A DNA stretch of 64,000 nt from assembly GCF_029227855.1 (NCBI RefSeq), contig NZ_CP074356.1; one strand, 5' to 3'. Under the pieces are notes generated by a model. That model ran no database searches, was not told the origin of the DNA, and saw only the letters and a list, made by a program, of their open reading frames with translations. Source of the stretch: Escherichia coli (GTDB lineage Bacteria > Pseudomonadota > Gammaproteobacteria > Enterobacterales > Enterobacteriaceae). Positions 1-13,572 of this stretch are shown here, piece by piece (the stretch's first letter is position 1; each line of letters begins with the position of its first letter). Position numbers and translations under genes: made by a program.

Positions 1-243
1 CAGCTGGTGGTGTTGCAGATGTTCGTCGGGGTGTTTATTCCGTGGGGACAAATGGAAACCTTCACCGTCGGTGGGCTGCTGCTGGCGCTGGTGATTGCCA
101 TCGTCAAACTGGTGGTTGGCGTCCTGGTTATCGCGCTGTTCGAAAACAGCATGGCCCGTCTGCGTCTTGATATTACTCCGCGCATTACCTGGGCTGGGTT
201 TGGCTTTGCATTTTTAGCGTTCGTCTCCTTGCTGGCGGCGTGA
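1..243 (+). CDS. hycD: Formate hydrogenlyase membrane subunit HycD, C-terminal fragment (5' end cut by window)
   Basis: ORF 7..243 is in frame from position 1; hydrophobic C-terminus; immediately followed by hycE as in the hyc operon. Confidence 0.8.
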   Translation, partial: QLVVLQMFVGVFIPWGQMETFTVGGLLLALVIAIVKLVVGVLVIALFENSMARLRLDITPRITWAGFGFAFLAFVSLLAA

Positions 244-260
244 TTAAAGAGAGTTTGAGC

Positions 261-1970
261 ATGTCTGAAGAAAAATTAGGTCAACATTATCTCGCTGCGC
301 TGAATGAGGCATTTCCGGGCGTCGTGCTGGACCACGCCTGGCAGACCAAAGATCAGCTGACCGTGACCGTGAAGGTGAACTACCTGCCGGAAGTGGTGGA
401 GTTTCTCTACTACAAGCAGGGGGGCTGGCTGTCGGTGCTGTTTGGTAACGACGAACGCAAACTTAATGGTCATTACGCCGTTTACTACGTGCTGTCGATG
501 GAGAAGGGCACCAAATGCTGGATAACCGTGCGCGTTGAAGTTGACGCCAACAAACCGGAATATCCGTCCGTAACGCCGCGCGTTCCGGCGGCGGTATGGG
601 GCGAGCGTGAAGTGCGCGATATGTACGGTTTGATTCCGGTAGGGCTGCCGGATGAACGTCGTCTGGTGCTGCCGGATGACTGGCCGGATGAACTTTATCC
701 GCTGCGTAAAGACAGCATGGATTATCGTCAACGTCCGGCACCGACTACCGATGCTGAAACCTACGAGTTCATCAACGAACTGGGCGACAAGAAAAACAAC
801 GTCGTGCCGATTGGTCCGCTGCACGTCACTTCCGACGAACCGGGTCACTTCCGTCTGTTCGTCGATGGCGAAAACATTATCGACGCCGACTACCGCCTGT
901 TCTATGTCCATCGCGGCATGGAAAAACTGGCGGAAACCCGCATGGGTTACAACGAAGTGACCTTCCTCTCTGACCGTGTGTGCGGGATCTGCGGCTTTGC
1001 TCACAGCACCGCCTACACCACGTCGGTGGAAAACGCGATGGGTATTCAGGTGCCAGAACGTGCGCAGATGATCCGCGCCATTCTGCTGGAGGTAGAACGC
1101 CTGCACTCGCATCTGCTCAACCTCGGCCTCGCCTGTCACTTTACCGGCTTCGACTCCGGCTTTATGCAGTTCTTCCGCGTGCGTGAAACCTCCATGAAAA
1201 TGGCAGAGATCCTTACCGGTGCGCGTAAAACCTACGGCCTGAACCTGATCGGCGGAATTCGTCGCGATCTGCTGAAAGATGACATGATCCAGACCCGCCA
1301 GTTGGCGCAACAGATGCGTCGTGAAGTGCAGGAGCTGGTGGATGTGCTGCTGAGCACACCGAACATGGAACAGCGTACTGTCGGCATTGGTCGTCTGGAC
1401 CCGGAAATCGCCCGCGATTTCAGTAACGTTGGCCCGATGGTCCGCGCCAGCGGTCACGCCCGCGATACCCGTGCCGATCACCCGTTTGTTGGTTATGGCC
1501 TGCTGCCAATGGAAGTCCACAGCGAGCAGGGCTGCGACGTTATTTCCCGTCTGAAAGTGCGTATCAACGAGGTCTATACCGCGCTGAACATGATCGACTA
1601 CGGTCTGGATAACCTGCCGGGCGGTCCGCTGATGGTGGAAGGCTTTACCTATATTCCGCACCGTTTTGCGCTGGGCTTTGCCGAAGCGCCGCGCGGCGAC
1701 GATATCCACTGGAGCATGACCGGCGACAACCAGAAGCTGTACCGCTGGCGCTGCCGTGCCGCGACCTACGCGAACTGGCCGACCCTGCGCTACATGCTGC
1801 GCGGCAACACCGTTTCCGATGCGCCGCTGATTATCGGTAGCCTGGACCCTTGCTACTCCTGTACCGACCGCATGGCCGTGGTCGATGTGCGTAAGAAGAA
1901 GAGCAAAGTGGTGCCGTACAAAGAACTCGAGCGTTACAGCATTGAGCGTAAAAACTCGCCGCTGAAATAA
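261..1970 (+). CDS. hycE: Formate hydrogenlyase large subunit (NiFe hydrogenase 3 large subunit)
   Basis: Translation recognised as HycE (MSEEKLGQHYLAALNEAF...; NuoCD-like, C-terminal DPCxSCxxR motif); start placed at internal ATG 261, ORF track begins at 240. Confidence 0.95.
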   Translation: MSEEKLGQHYLAALNEAFPGVVLDHAWQTKDQLTVTVKVNYLPEVVEFLYYKQGGWLSVLFGNDERKLNGHYAVYYVLSMEKGTKCWITVRVEVDANKPEYPSVTPRVPAAVWGEREVRDMYGLIPVGLPDERRLVLPDDWPDELYPLRKDSMDYRQRPAPTTDAETYEFINELGDKKNNVVPIGPLHVTSDEPGHFRLFVDGENIIDADYRLFYVHRGMEKLAETRMGYNEVTFLSDRVCGICGFAHSTAYTTSVENAMGIQVPERAQMIRAILLEVERLHSHLLNLGLACHFTGFDSGFMQFFRVRETSMKMAEILTGARKTYGLNLIGGIRRDLLKDDMIQTRQLAQQMRREVQELVDVLLSTPNMEQRTVGIGRLDPEIARDFSNVGPMVRASGHARDTRADHPFVGYGLLPMEVHSEQGCDVISRLKVRINEVYTALNMIDYGLDNLPGGPLMVEGFTYIPHRFALGFAEAPRGDDIHWSMTGDNQKLYRWRCRAATYANWPTLRYMLRGNTVSDAPLIIGSLDPCYSCTDRMAVVDVRKKKSKVVPYKELERYSIERKNSPLK

Positions 1971-1979
1971 GGAATCGCC

Positions 1980-2522
1980 ATGTTTACCTTTATCAAAAAA
2001 GTTATCAAAACCGGCACGGCGACCTCGTCTTATCCGCTGGAGCCGATTGCGGTTGATAAAAACTTCCGTGGTAAGCCAGAGCAGAACCCGCAGCAGTGCA
2101 TCGGCTGCGCGGCCTGCGTCAATGCCTGCCCGTCAAACGCCTTAACGGTTGAAACTGACCTCGCCACAGGAGAGCTTGCCTGGGAGTTTAATCTCGGGCG
2201 CTGCATCTTCTGTGGACGCTGCGAAGAAGTTTGCCCGACGGCGGCGATTAAGCTGTCGCAAGAGTACGAACTGGCGGTGTGGAAGAAAGAAGACTTCCTG
2301 CAACAGTCCCGCTTCGCGCTGTGCAACTGTCGCGTCTGCAATCGTCCTTTCGCCGTCCAGAAAGAGATCGACTACGCCATTGCGCTGCTCAAGCACAACG
2401 GCGACAGCCGCGCGGAAAACCACCGCGAAAGCTTTGAGACTTGCCCGGAATGTAAGCGCCAGAAATGCCTGGTGCCGTCCGACCGTATTGAACTGACTCG
2501 CCATATGAAAGAGGCCATCTGA
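1980..2522 (+). CDS. hycF: Formate hydrogenlyase 4Fe-4S ferredoxin-type subunit
   Basis: 180 aa, two CxxCxxCxxxCP ferredoxin motifs; operon position. Confidence 0.93.
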   Translation: MFTFIKKVIKTGTATSSYPLEPIAVDKNFRGKPEQNPQQCIGCAACVNACPSNALTVETDLATGELAWEFNLGRCIFCGRCEEVCPTAAIKLSQEYELAVWKKEDFLQQSRFALCNCRVCNRPFAVQKEIDYAIALLKHNGDSRAENHRESFETCPECKRQKCLVPSDRIELTRHMKEAI

Positions 2523-3289
2523 TGAGCAATTTATTAGGCCCCCGTGACGCCAACGGCATTCCGGTCCCGATGACGGTGGATGAATCCATCGCCAGCATGA
2601 AGGCGTCGTTACTGAAAAAAATCAAACGTTCTGCCTACGTTTACCGCGTGGACTGCGGCGGCTGCAACGGCTGCGAAATCGAAATTTTCGCCACGCTTTC
2701 GCCGCTGTTTGATGCAGAACGCTTCGGCATTAAAGTCGTTCCTTCACCGCGTCATGCGGATATTTTACTGTTTACCGGCGCGGTCACCCGTGCAATGCGA
2801 TCCCCTGCGCTGCGTGCGTGGCAGTCCGCGCCGGACCCGAAAATTTGTATCTCCTACGGTGCCTGCGGTAACAGCGGCGGGATCTTCCACGATCTCTACT
2901 GCGTGTGGGGGGGTACGGATAAAATCGTCCCGGTGGATGTTTATATCCCTGGCTGCCCGCCAACGCCTGCCGCCACGCTGTACGGCTTTGCAATGGCGCT
3001 CGGCCTGCTGGAGCAGAAAATTCACGCCCGTGGGCCGGGTGAGCAGGATGAACAACCGGCGGAGATCCTGCATGGCGATATGGTGCAGCCGCTGCGCGTG
3101 AAAGTGGATCGCGAAGCTCGCCGCCTGGCGGGTTACCGTTACGGTCGCCAGATTGCCGATGACTTCCTGACACAGTTAGGGCAGGGCGAAGAGCAGGTTG
3201 CACGCTGGCTGGAAGCGGAAAACGATCCGCGTCTGAACGAGATTGTCAGCCATCTGAATCATGTTGTTGAAGAGGCGCGTATCCGATGA
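2522..3289 (+). CDS. hycG: Hydrogenase 3 small subunit
   Basis: 255 aa, NuoB-like small subunit with GCPP motif; ATGA overlap with hycF stop. Confidence 0.93.
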   Translation: MSNLLGPRDANGIPVPMTVDESIASMKASLLKKIKRSAYVYRVDCGGCNGCEIEIFATLSPLFDAERFGIKVVPSPRHADILLFTGAVTRAMRSPALRAWQSAPDPKICISYGACGNSGGIFHDLYCVWGGTDKIVPVDVYIPGCPPTPAATLYGFAMALGLLEQKIHARGPGEQDEQPAEILHGDMVQPLRVKVDREARRLAGYRYGRQIADDFLTQLGQGEEQVARWLEAENDPRLNEIVSHLNHVVEEARIR

Positions 3290-3696
3290 GTGAAAAGGTG
3301 GTGTTCAGTCAACTGAGCCGTAAATTTATTGATGAGAACGATGCCACGCCCGCCGAGGCGCAGCAGGTGGTCTATTACAGCCTGGCGATTGGTCACCACC
3401 TTGGGGTTATCGATTGCCTGGAAGCGGCGCTCACCTGTCCGTGGGATGAATATCTGGCATGGATTGCCACTCTGGAGGCGGGCAGCGAAGCCCGCCGCAA
3501 AATGGAAGGCGTGCCGAAATATGGTGAGATCGTCATCGACATTAACCATGTGCCGATGCTGGCCAACGCATTCGATAAAGCCCGGGCTGCGCAAACTTCG
3601 CAGCAGAAAGAATGGAGTACAATGCTGTTAAGTATGCTGCATGATATTCATCAGGAAAACGCCATCTATTTGATGGTGAGGAGATTGCGTGACTGA
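3286..3696 (+). CDS. hycH: Formate hydrogenlyase maturation protein HycH
   Basis: 136 aa, recognised sequence, operon position. Confidence 0.9.
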   Translation: MSEKVVFSQLSRKFIDENDATPAEAQQVVYYSLAIGHHLGVIDCLEAALTCPWDEYLAWIATLEAGSEARRKMEGVPKYGEIVIDINHVPMLANAFDKARAAQTSQQKEWSTMLLSMLHDIHQENAIYLMVRRLRD

Positions 3697-4159
3697 CGTT
3701 TTACTCTGTGTTGGCAATAGCATGATGGGCGATGATGGCGCAGGTCCGCTGCTGGCGGAAAAGTGTGCCGCCGCGCCGAAAGGTAACTGGGTGGTGATTG
3801 ACGGCGGTAGCGCACCGGAAAACGACATCGTCGCTATTCGCGAACTGCGCCCGACACGACTGTTGATTGTCGACGCCACGGATATGGGGCTAAACCCCGG
3901 CGAGATCCGCATCATCGATCCGGATGATATCGCCGAGATGTTTATGATGACTACCCATAACATGCCGTTGAACTACCTTATCGACCAGTTGAAAGAAGAC
4001 ATTGGCGAAGTGATTTTCCTCGGCATCCAGCCGGATATCGTCGGCTTTTACTACCCGATGACCCAGCCGATTAAAGACGCCGTAGAAACCGTTTATCAAC
4101 GACTGGAAGGCTGGGAAGGGAATGGCGGATTCGCGCAGTTAGCGGTGGAAGAAGAGTAG
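3689..4159 (+). CDS. hycI: Hydrogenase 3 maturation endopeptidase
   Basis: 156 aa, recognised sequence; last gene of hyc operon. Confidence 0.9.
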   Translation: MTDVLLCVGNSMMGDDGAGPLLAEKCAAAPKGNWVVIDGGSAPENDIVAIRELRPTRLLIVDATDMGLNPGEIRIIDPDDIAEMFMMTTHNMPLNYLIDQLKEDIGEVIFLGIQPDIVGFYYPMTQPIKDAVETVYQRLEGWEGNGGFAQLAVEEE

Positions 4160-4215
4160 TTCGTAGACAAACATGTTCACGTTTTGGAATTTGGACGTGC
4201 AATTGTGACGTGTAG

Positions 4216-4244
4216 ACGGGTGTTTACATATTGTGAACACCCGT
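4216..4244. promoter_or_regulatory. Near-perfect 29-bp palindrome (acgggtgtt-N11-aacacccgt) upstream of the toxin gene; candidate TA operator
   Basis: 9-bp perfect inverted arms read directly from sequence, about 80 bp upstream of the 4326 start codon. Confidence 0.4.
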
Positions 4245-4325
4245 GTGATCAACTACTATAGAAAAATAAATCCGAAGGAATGGTAGTCCAGGTTTAGTCA
4301 TTCAGGCGCTAATAAGGAAGTTAAA

Positions 4326-4637
4326 ATGCACATCATTTCGAAAGCGCCATTTGAAGAGTGTGCGCGCAAATATCCTAACGACGCTCTGGCTCTACACTCA
4401 TTGTATCGGGTTATTAAGGAAACGGATTTTTCTACACCAGAAGAAATGCGAACGGCGTTTCCTAACCTCGACAATTTTAAATATCGCAACAAATGGTACG
4501 TTCTGGATGTCGGCGGGAACAATCTTAGGGTTATTGCCTACATAAACTTTGTTAATAAGCGGTTCTTTGTGAAGCACATAACGAATCACGCAGAGTATGA
4601 CAAACTGACACGTTACTACAGAGAGAACAAAGAATGA
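4326..4637 (+). CDS. HigB-family type II toxin (RelE/ParE superfamily mRNA interferase), paralog of E. coli HigB/YgjN
   Basis: 103 aa; shares with HigB the MH(L/I)I start, FP.LDNFKY...VGGN.LRV and H.EYD blocks; toxin precedes antitoxin as in higBA. Confidence 0.8.
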   Translation: MHIISKAPFEECARKYPNDALALHSLYRVIKETDFSTPEEMRTAFPNLDNFKYRNKWYVLDVGGNNLRVIAYINFVNKRFFVKHITNHAEYDKLTRYYRENKE

Positions 4638-5053
4638 CTGCTAATGCTGCACGCGCTGTTAAAGCAACAAGAGAACTGGTCAATGCAGTCCCCTTTCTGG
4701 GAGGCAGTGACTCAGAAGATGATTATCGTGAAGCACTGGAACTGGTCGAATATTTGATTGAAGAAGATGACACCAATCCACTTATCGACTTTCTGGCGAG
4801 CCGCATTGCAGAATATGAAAACAACAACGAAAAGTTTGCAGAGTTCGACAAAGCCGTTGCAGCAATGCCGGTTGGCGTGGCGTTACTTCGTACGCTGATT
4901 GATCAACATAATTTGACCTATGCGGATTTGAAGAACGAAATCGGCTCTAAATCTCTGGTCAGTCAGATTTTGTCTGGGCAACGATCCCTGACGATATCCC
5001 ATATTAAGGCACTTTCAGCCCGATTTGGCGTTAAGCCGGAATGGTTTCTTTGA
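4634..5053 (+). CDS. HigA-family antitoxin with C-terminal XRE-type HTH
   Basis: 139 aa; ATGA start/stop overlap with toxin; AVPFLGG...ALELVEYL...NPLIDFL...IGSKSLVSQILSGQRSLT blocks match HigA/YgjM. Confidence 0.8.
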   Translation: MTANAARAVKATRELVNAVPFLGGSDSEDDYREALELVEYLIEEDDTNPLIDFLASRIAEYENNNEKFAEFDKAVAAMPVGVALLRTLIDQHNLTYADLKNEIGSKSLVSQILSGQRSLTISHIKALSARFGVKPEWFL

Positions 5054-5079
5054 TTTTGACTGATGCCAAACCCAAGATT

Positions 5080-5104
5080 GCCCGATGCGCAACGCTTATC
5101 GGGC
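5080..5104. repeat. REP-like palindromic unit (gcccgatgcgcaacgcttatcgggc)
   Basis: 7-bp inverted arms with REP-like core, between antitoxin and ascB 3' end. Confidence 0.45.
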
Positions 5105-5131
5105 TTTCCTGGTTCGTGCGACGGTAGTTAC

Positions 5132-8022
<2,891 letters not shown>

Positions 8023-8281
8023 CGGATTTTATCCTGTTATCAGTAGGGTAGATGTAGTTGTTATCAGTCGACGTGACGGAAAAATGCCGATGCTGAAACG
8101 GAATTAGGAAACCGGTTTCACAAAATCATGAATAGTTGTCACTAAATAAGCAAGAGAGTTAATTGTTCATTTTTTATATTTGTGAAACCGGTCACCTGAA
8201 TATTTTTCCCGCCGATTGCGCAAGGACAATCGGCAAACGGTGCAGTACACTGCGTTGATTGCGTGTAAAGGGATGAAAATG

Positions 8282-9292
8282 ATGACGACGATGCTGGAAG
8301 TGGCGAAGCGCGCCGGGGTTTCAAAAGCGACCGTTTCCCGCGTGCTTTCAGGTAATGGCTACGTCAGCCAGGAGACTAAAGATCGCGTGTTTCAGGCGGT
8401 AGAAGAGAGCGGTTACCGTCCAAACTTGCTGGCGCGCAATCTGTCGGCGAAGAGTACTCAGACGCTGGGGCTGGTCGTGACCAACACGCTTTACCACGGC
8501 ATTTATTTTAGTGAATTACTGTTTCATGCCGCGCGAATGGCGGAAGAGAAAGGGCGACAGTTGCTATTGGCAGATGGTAAACATAGCGCCGAAGAAGAGC
8601 GCCAGGCGATTCAGTATCTGCTGGATTTGCGCTGCGACGCCATTATGATTTACCCGCGTTTTTTAAGTGTGGATGAGATCGATGACATCATTGACGCGCA
8701 CAGTCAGCCGATAATGGTGCTTAATCGCCGCCTGCGCAAAAATAGCAGCCATAGCGTCTGGTGCGATCATAAACAGACCAGCTTTAACGCCGTGGCAGAG
8801 TTGATAAACGCCGGGCATCAGGAGATTGCTTTCCTTACCGGCTCGATGGATTCCCCCACCAGCGTTGAACGTCTTGCCGGGTATAAAGACGCGCTGGCGC
8901 AGCATGGTATTGCGCTCAATGAAAAACTTATCGCTAACGGTAAATGGACGCCTGCCAGCGGGGCCGAAGGGGTAGAAATGTTGCTCGAACGTGGGGCTAA
9001 ATTTAGCGCGTTAGTTGCCAGTAACGACGATATGGCGATAGGTGCGATGAAAGCGTTGCACGAGCGCGGCGTAGCGGTGCCAGAGCAGGTGTCAGTTATC
9101 GGATTCGATGATATCGCTATTGCCCCCTACACCGTTCCGGCGCTCTCCAGCGTAAAAATTCCGGTAACTGAGATGATTCAGGAAATTATTGGACGGCTGA
9201 TTTTTATGCTCGATGGTGGGGATTTCTCACCGCCGAAAACCTTCAGCGGAAAACTGATCCGCCGCGGCTCCCTCATTGCTCTTTCGCAATAA
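8282..9292 (+). CDS. ascG: LacI/GalR-family repressor of the asc operon
   Basis: N-terminal HTH (LEVAKRAGVSKATVSRVL); start placed at MTTMLEV, ORF track begins 22 codons upstream. Confidence 0.9.
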   Translation: MTTMLEVAKRAGVSKATVSRVLSGNGYVSQETKDRVFQAVEESGYRPNLLARNLSAKSTQTLGLVVTNTLYHGIYFSELLFHAARMAEEKGRQLLLADGKHSAEEERQAIQYLLDLRCDAIMIYPRFLSVDEIDDIIDAHSQPIMVLNRRLRKNSSHSVWCDHKQTSFNAVAELINAGHQEIAFLTGSMDSPTSVERLAGYKDALAQHGIALNEKLIANGKWTPASGAEGVEMLLERGAKFSALVASNDDMAIGAMKALHERGVAVPEQVSVIGFDDIAIAPYTVPALSSVKIPVTEMIQEIIGRLIFMLDGGDFSPPKTFSGKLIRRGSLIALSQ

Positions 9293-9440
9293 ACATTGTC
9301 ATCACATGTCATCGTCACTAGTGTCGATGACATCGTTTTTCCTGCATTACAGAATTTAATTTCCTTAAATAACAGTAAATTAAAAACTGGCATGATTTGT
9401 GAATGTATCGGCGCATTAACTGTCATTGCTGGAGAATTTG

Positions 9441-9968
9441 ATGAACCGTTTCATCATTGCTGACGCGAGTAAATGTATTGGTTGCCGTACCTGTGAAGTG
9501 GCGTGCGTGGTTTCTCATCAGGAAAATCAGGACTGTGCATCGCTGACCCCGGAAACATTTTTACCGCGTATCCATGTCATTAAAGGTGTGAACATTTCCA
9601 CGGCGACAGTTTGCCGTCAGTGTGAAGATGCACCGTGCGCTAACGTCTGCCCGAATGGTGCTATCAGTCGTGATAAAGGGTTTGTTCATGTGATGCAGGA
9701 GCGTTGCATTGGTTGCAAAACCTGCGTTGTGGCTTGCCCGTATGGCGCGATGGAAGTGGTGGTACGTCCGGTGATCCGCAACAGTGGCGCAGGGCTTAAC
9801 GTACGGGCTGACAAAGCCGAAGCCAATAAATGCGACCTGTGCAACCATCGTGAAGACGGCCCGGCGTGTATGGCGGCTTGCCCGACCCATGCGCTGATTT
9901 GTGTCGATCGTAATAAACTTGAACAACTGAGCGCAGAAAAACGTCGCCGTACGGCGCTGATGTTCTAA
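9441..9968 (+). CDS. hydN: Electron-transport ferredoxin-like protein HydN
   Basis: Multiple 4Fe-4S cysteine clusters; start at MNRFIIAD. Confidence 0.9.
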   Translation: MNRFIIADASKCIGCRTCEVACVVSHQENQDCASLTPETFLPRIHVIKGVNISTATVCRQCEDAPCANVCPNGAISRDKGFVHVMQERCIGCKTCVVACPYGAMEVVVRPVIRNSGAGLNVRADKAEANKCDLCNHREDGPACMAACPTHALICVDRNKLEQLSAEKRRRTALMF

Positions 9969-10120
9969 AAATCTTACAGAACTGTTCTGGTATCAAAGGA
10001 ATTCCCGGAAATATTCGTAGAATACGAAGCGGGCAGTATCGCCGACCTGTGACTGCCGGATGCGACGCGCTCGTGTCCGGCTGGGCGGGTTACGCAATTC
10101 ATGATGGCGGGAATAACTCA

Positions 10121-12361
10121 ATGGCAAAAAACACATCTTGCGGTGTCCAACTGCGTATTCGTGGCAAAGTGCAGGGCGTCGGTTTTCGTCCGTTTGTCTG
10201 GCAGCTGGCACAGCAATTAAATCTTCACGGCGATGTCTGTAATGACGGCGATGGCGTAGAAGTCCGGCTGCTGGAAGACCCGGAAACGTTTCTTGTGCAG
10301 TTGCATCAGCACTGCCCGCCGCTGGCGCGTATTGATAGCGTCGAGCGTGAGCCGTTTATCTGGTCACAGCCGCCCACCGAGTTCACCATCCGCCAGAGCA
10401 CAGGCGGCACCATGAATACGCAAATTGTTCCCGATGCCGCCACTTGCCCTGCCTGTCTTGCCGAAATGAATACCCCAGGCGAGCGGCGTTATCGTTATCC
10501 GTTTATCAACTGTACTCACTGTGGCCCGCGTTTCACCATTATTCGCGCCATGCCTTACGACCGCCCGTTTACCGTAATGGCGGCGTTTCCGCTGTGTCCA
10601 GCCTGTGATAAAGAGTACCGCGACCCGCTCGATCGTCGCTTCCACGCCCAGCCGGTGGCCTGCCCAGAGTGTGGCCCACATCTTGAATGGGTAAGTCATG
10701 GTGAACATGCGGAACAAGAGGCGGCATTACAGGCAGCTATCGCACAGTTAAAAATGGGCAACATTGTCGCCATCAAAGGGATTGGCGGATTTCATCTTGC
10801 CTGCGATGCACGTAACAGTAACGCGGTGGCGACACTGCGGGCGCGCAAACATCGCCCGGCGAAACCGCTGGCGGTTATGTTGCCAGTGGCAGAAGGTTTA
10901 CCAGACGCTGCCCGTCAGTTGCTTACCACACCCGCCGCGCCGATTGTGCTGGTGGATAAAAAATATGTACCTGAGCTTTGTGATGATATCGCCCCTGGCC
11001 TTAACGAAGTCGGGGTAATGTTGCCTGCGAACCCGCTCCAGCATTTGCTGTTACAGGAACTGCAATGCCCGCTGGTGATGACCTCCGGTAACCTGAGCGG
11101 TAAACCACCGGCTATCAGCAACGAACAGGCGCTGGCGGATTTGCAGGGCATTGCCGACGGATTCTTGATACATAACCGCGACATCGTGCAGCGGATGGAT
11201 GATTCGGTGGTGCGCGAAAGCGGCGAAATGCTGCGCCGTTCGCGGGGGTATGTGCCGGATGCGCTGGCTTTGCCTCCGGGTTTTAAAAATGTTCCGCCTG
11301 TGCTGTGTCTCGGCGCGGATCTGAAAAACACCTTCTGCCTGGTGCGCGGCGAACAAGCGGTGTTGAGTCAGCATCTGGGCGATTTAAGTGACGATGGCAT
11401 CCAGATGCAGTGGCGCGAAGCGTTACGCCTGATGCAAAACATCTACGATTTTACCCCGCAATACGTTGTGCATGACCTGCATCCGGGCTATGTCTCCAGC
11501 CAGTGGGCGCGCGAAATGAATCTGCCGACGCAAACGGTGCTGCATCATCATGCTCATGCGGCGGCGTGTCTGGCAGAACATCACTGGCCACTGGATGGCG
11601 GTGATGTCATTGCGTTGACGCTCGACGGTATCGGTATGGGGGAGAACGGCGCTTTATGGGGCGGCGAGTGCCTGCGGGTGAACTATCGCGAATGCCAGCA
11701 CCTGGGCGGCTTGCCTGCAGTGGCGCTTGCTGGGGGCGATTTGGCGGCGAAGCAGCCGTGGCGTAACCTGCTGGCGCAGTGCCTGCGCTTTGTGCCGGAG
11801 TGGCAGAATTACCCTGAAACGGCAAGTGTGCAACAGCAAAACTGGAGCGTGCTGGCGCGGGCCATTGAGCGTGGAATTAACGCGCCGCTGGCGTCATCGT
11901 GTGGGCGTTTGTTCGATGCTGTGGCGGCGGCACTGGGCTGTGCGCCAGCCACGTTAAGCTATGAAGGTGAAGCGGCTTGTGCTCTGGAGGCGCTAGCAGC
12001 TTCATGCGACGGAGTGACGCATCCGGTGACGATACCGCTGGTGGACAATCAACTGGATCTCGCCACTTTCTGGCAGCAGTGGCTGAACTGGCAGGCACCG
12101 GTTAATCAACGCGCGTGGGCGTTTCATGATGCGCTGGCGCAGGGTTTTGCCGCGTTGATGCGTGAGCAGGCCACGATGCGTGGTATCACTACGCTGGTAT
12201 TTAGCGGCGGGGTTATTCATAACCGTTTGCTGCGTGCACGTCTGGCGCATTATCTCGCTGATTTCACATTGCTCTTTCCACAGAGTTTACCGGCGGGTGA
12301 TGGCGGCTTGTCTCTGGGGCAGGGGGTTATTGCTGCGGCGCGCATCCTGCATGCTGCATAG
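10121..12361 (+). CDS. hypF: Carbamoyltransferase HypF (NiFe hydrogenase maturation)
   Basis: Acylphosphatase-like N-terminus, zinc-finger CxxC pairs, YrdC and Kae1-like regions; start chosen at MAKNTSCG (ORF track starts at 10049). Confidence 0.88.
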   Translation: MAKNTSCGVQLRIRGKVQGVGFRPFVWQLAQQLNLHGDVCNDGDGVEVRLLEDPETFLVQLHQHCPPLARIDSVEREPFIWSQPPTEFTIRQSTGGTMNTQIVPDAATCPACLAEMNTPGERRYRYPFINCTHCGPRFTIIRAMPYDRPFTVMAAFPLCPACDKEYRDPLDRRFHAQPVACPECGPHLEWVSHGEHAEQEAALQAAIAQLKMGNIVAIKGIGGFHLACDARNSNAVATLRARKHRPAKPLAVMLPVAEGLPDAARQLLTTPAAPIVLVDKKYVPELCDDIAPGLNEVGVMLPANPLQHLLLQELQCPLVMTSGNLSGKPPAISNEQALADLQGIADGFLIHNRDIVQRMDDSVVRESGEMLRRSRGYVPDALALPPGFKNVPPVLCLGADLKNTFCLVRGEQAVLSQHLGDLSDDGIQMQWREALRLMQNIYDFTPQYVVHDLHPGYVSSQWAREMNLPTQTVLHHHAHAAACLAEHHWPLDGGDVIALTLDGIGMGENGALWGGECLRVNYRECQHLGGLPAVALAGGDLAAKQPWRNLLAQCLRFVPEWQNYPETASVQQQNWSVLARAIERGINAPLASSCGRLFDAVAAALGCAPATLSYEGEAACALEALAASCDGVTHPVTIPLVDNQLDLATFWQQWLNWQAPVNQRAWAFHDALAQGFAALMREQATMRGITTLVFSGGVIHNRLLRARLAHYLADFTLLFPQSLPAGDGGLSLGQGVIAAARILHAA

Positions 12362-12404
12362 TGGTGGATGTGGCGTAACTAAGCGTAAAAAGAGCGCGGA
12401 CAGT

Positions 12405-12427
12405 CCCCTCGCCCTTTGGGCGAGGGA
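12405..12427. terminator. Hairpin (cccctcgccc-ttt-gggcgaggg) between convergent hypF and norW; candidate bidirectional terminator
   Basis: 9-bp GC-rich stem read from sequence; A-run follows. Confidence 0.45.
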
Positions 12428-12438
12428 GAAAACCATGC

Positions 12439-13572
12439 CTACACCGGCAACGTTTTCAACAATCCAAACGCCTCTTTCATCCGATCCTCACTGACCACAA
12501 AGGCGCGAAGCTGGTCTGTATCGTCAACGCCGCGTGCCACCATTCCCTGATGTTCGGTACAAATCTGCCAGCGCAAATCCCGACGCTGGGTTTCGCCTGC
12601 CAGATGCAGCGGTAATTCCGGCGTTTTGATTTTCACCAGCATCGCAGGGAGTTTCAGCGGCGTGTTATTGCCGAGAAGATTTTTTGCCAGCACCATCGCG
12701 CTAAGTTGAATCGGCTGGAGGAACGGCAATACCTGACCGTTAATTTCCGCGCAATCGCCCAGCGCATAAATATCGGCATTACTGGTTTGCAGATAACTAT
12801 CGACGCAAACGCCGCGATTAATCGTCAGCCCGGCGCGTCGTGCCAGGGCGGTTTCCGGGCGCAGCCCGGTGGCGGCAATTACCGCATCCACTTCGATGCT
12901 GCGCTGGCGGTCCAGCGTTGCCAGAATGCCAGAATCCGTTTTTTCCAGCCCCTGCAACTGAGATTTCAACAGCAGATGAACGCCCATCTCCGTCAACCGA
13001 TGCTGCAAGCGGCTGCTTACTTCCGGTGGCATTAACGACGCCAGAATACTGGCAGCGTTGTCGATTAGCGTGACCGCTTTGCCTGCACGACAAAAATCCA
13101 TCGCCAGTTCGCTACCAATCAAGCCACCGCCAACAATCAACACGCGTCGGGCATCCCGCAGTTGCGTTTCACAGGCGCGATACTCTTGCTGACTATTTAA
13201 CGTCAGCATTAACTCACGCCCAGGCACTGGCGGGACAAAGGCACTGGCACCAGTTGCCAGCACCAGCTTGTCGTATTGCCACTGATTATTCTGGCTTTTC
13301 ACCACATGGGCTTCGGCATCGATATCCGTTACCCAGGTGTGCGGAAACAGGCGCAGATTAAACTTCTCGGCAAATTCACCTGCCGTCTGGCGGGTAAGGT
13401 CATCGGCACGTTGCCCCTGGCTGATAACATGGCTGAGGTCAGGTTTGTTGTACTCATCCATGCTGTCGGCGGCAATCAGGGTTAATGGAATACTGGCGTC
13501 CTGTTTGCGAATATTTTTCACCAGTTGGCGGGCGGCGAAGCCCGAACCAATGATCACAATGCCGTTGCTCAT
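12439..13572 (-). CDS. norW: NADH:flavorubredoxin reductase
   Basis: 377 aa, FAD/NAD-binding GxGxxG motifs; overlaps norV stop. Confidence 0.92.
   Translation of the reverse strand: MSNGIVIIGSGFAARQLVKNIRKQDASIPLTLIAADSMDEYNKPDLSHVISQGQRADDLTRQTAGEFAEKFNLRLFPHTWVTDIDAEAHVVKSQNNQWQYDKLVLATGASAFVPPVPGRELMLTLNSQQEYRACETQLRDARRVLIVGGGLIGSELAMDFCRAGKAVTLIDNAASILASLMPPEVSSRLQHRLTEMGVHLLLKSQLQGLEKTDSGILATLDRQRSIEVDAVIAATGLRPETALARRAGLTINRGVCVDSYLQTSNADIYALGDCAEINGQVLPFLQPIQLSAMVLAKNLLGNNTPLKLPAMLVKIKTPELPLHLAGETQRRDLRWQICTEHQGMVARGVDDTDQLRAFVVSEDRMKEAFGLLKTLPV

Noticed and set aside
276-1709. 477-aa ORF on the minus strand
   Set aside because: Lies entirely antisense within hycE, whose product is unambiguously recognisable; a long antisense frame typical of GC-rich coding DNA.
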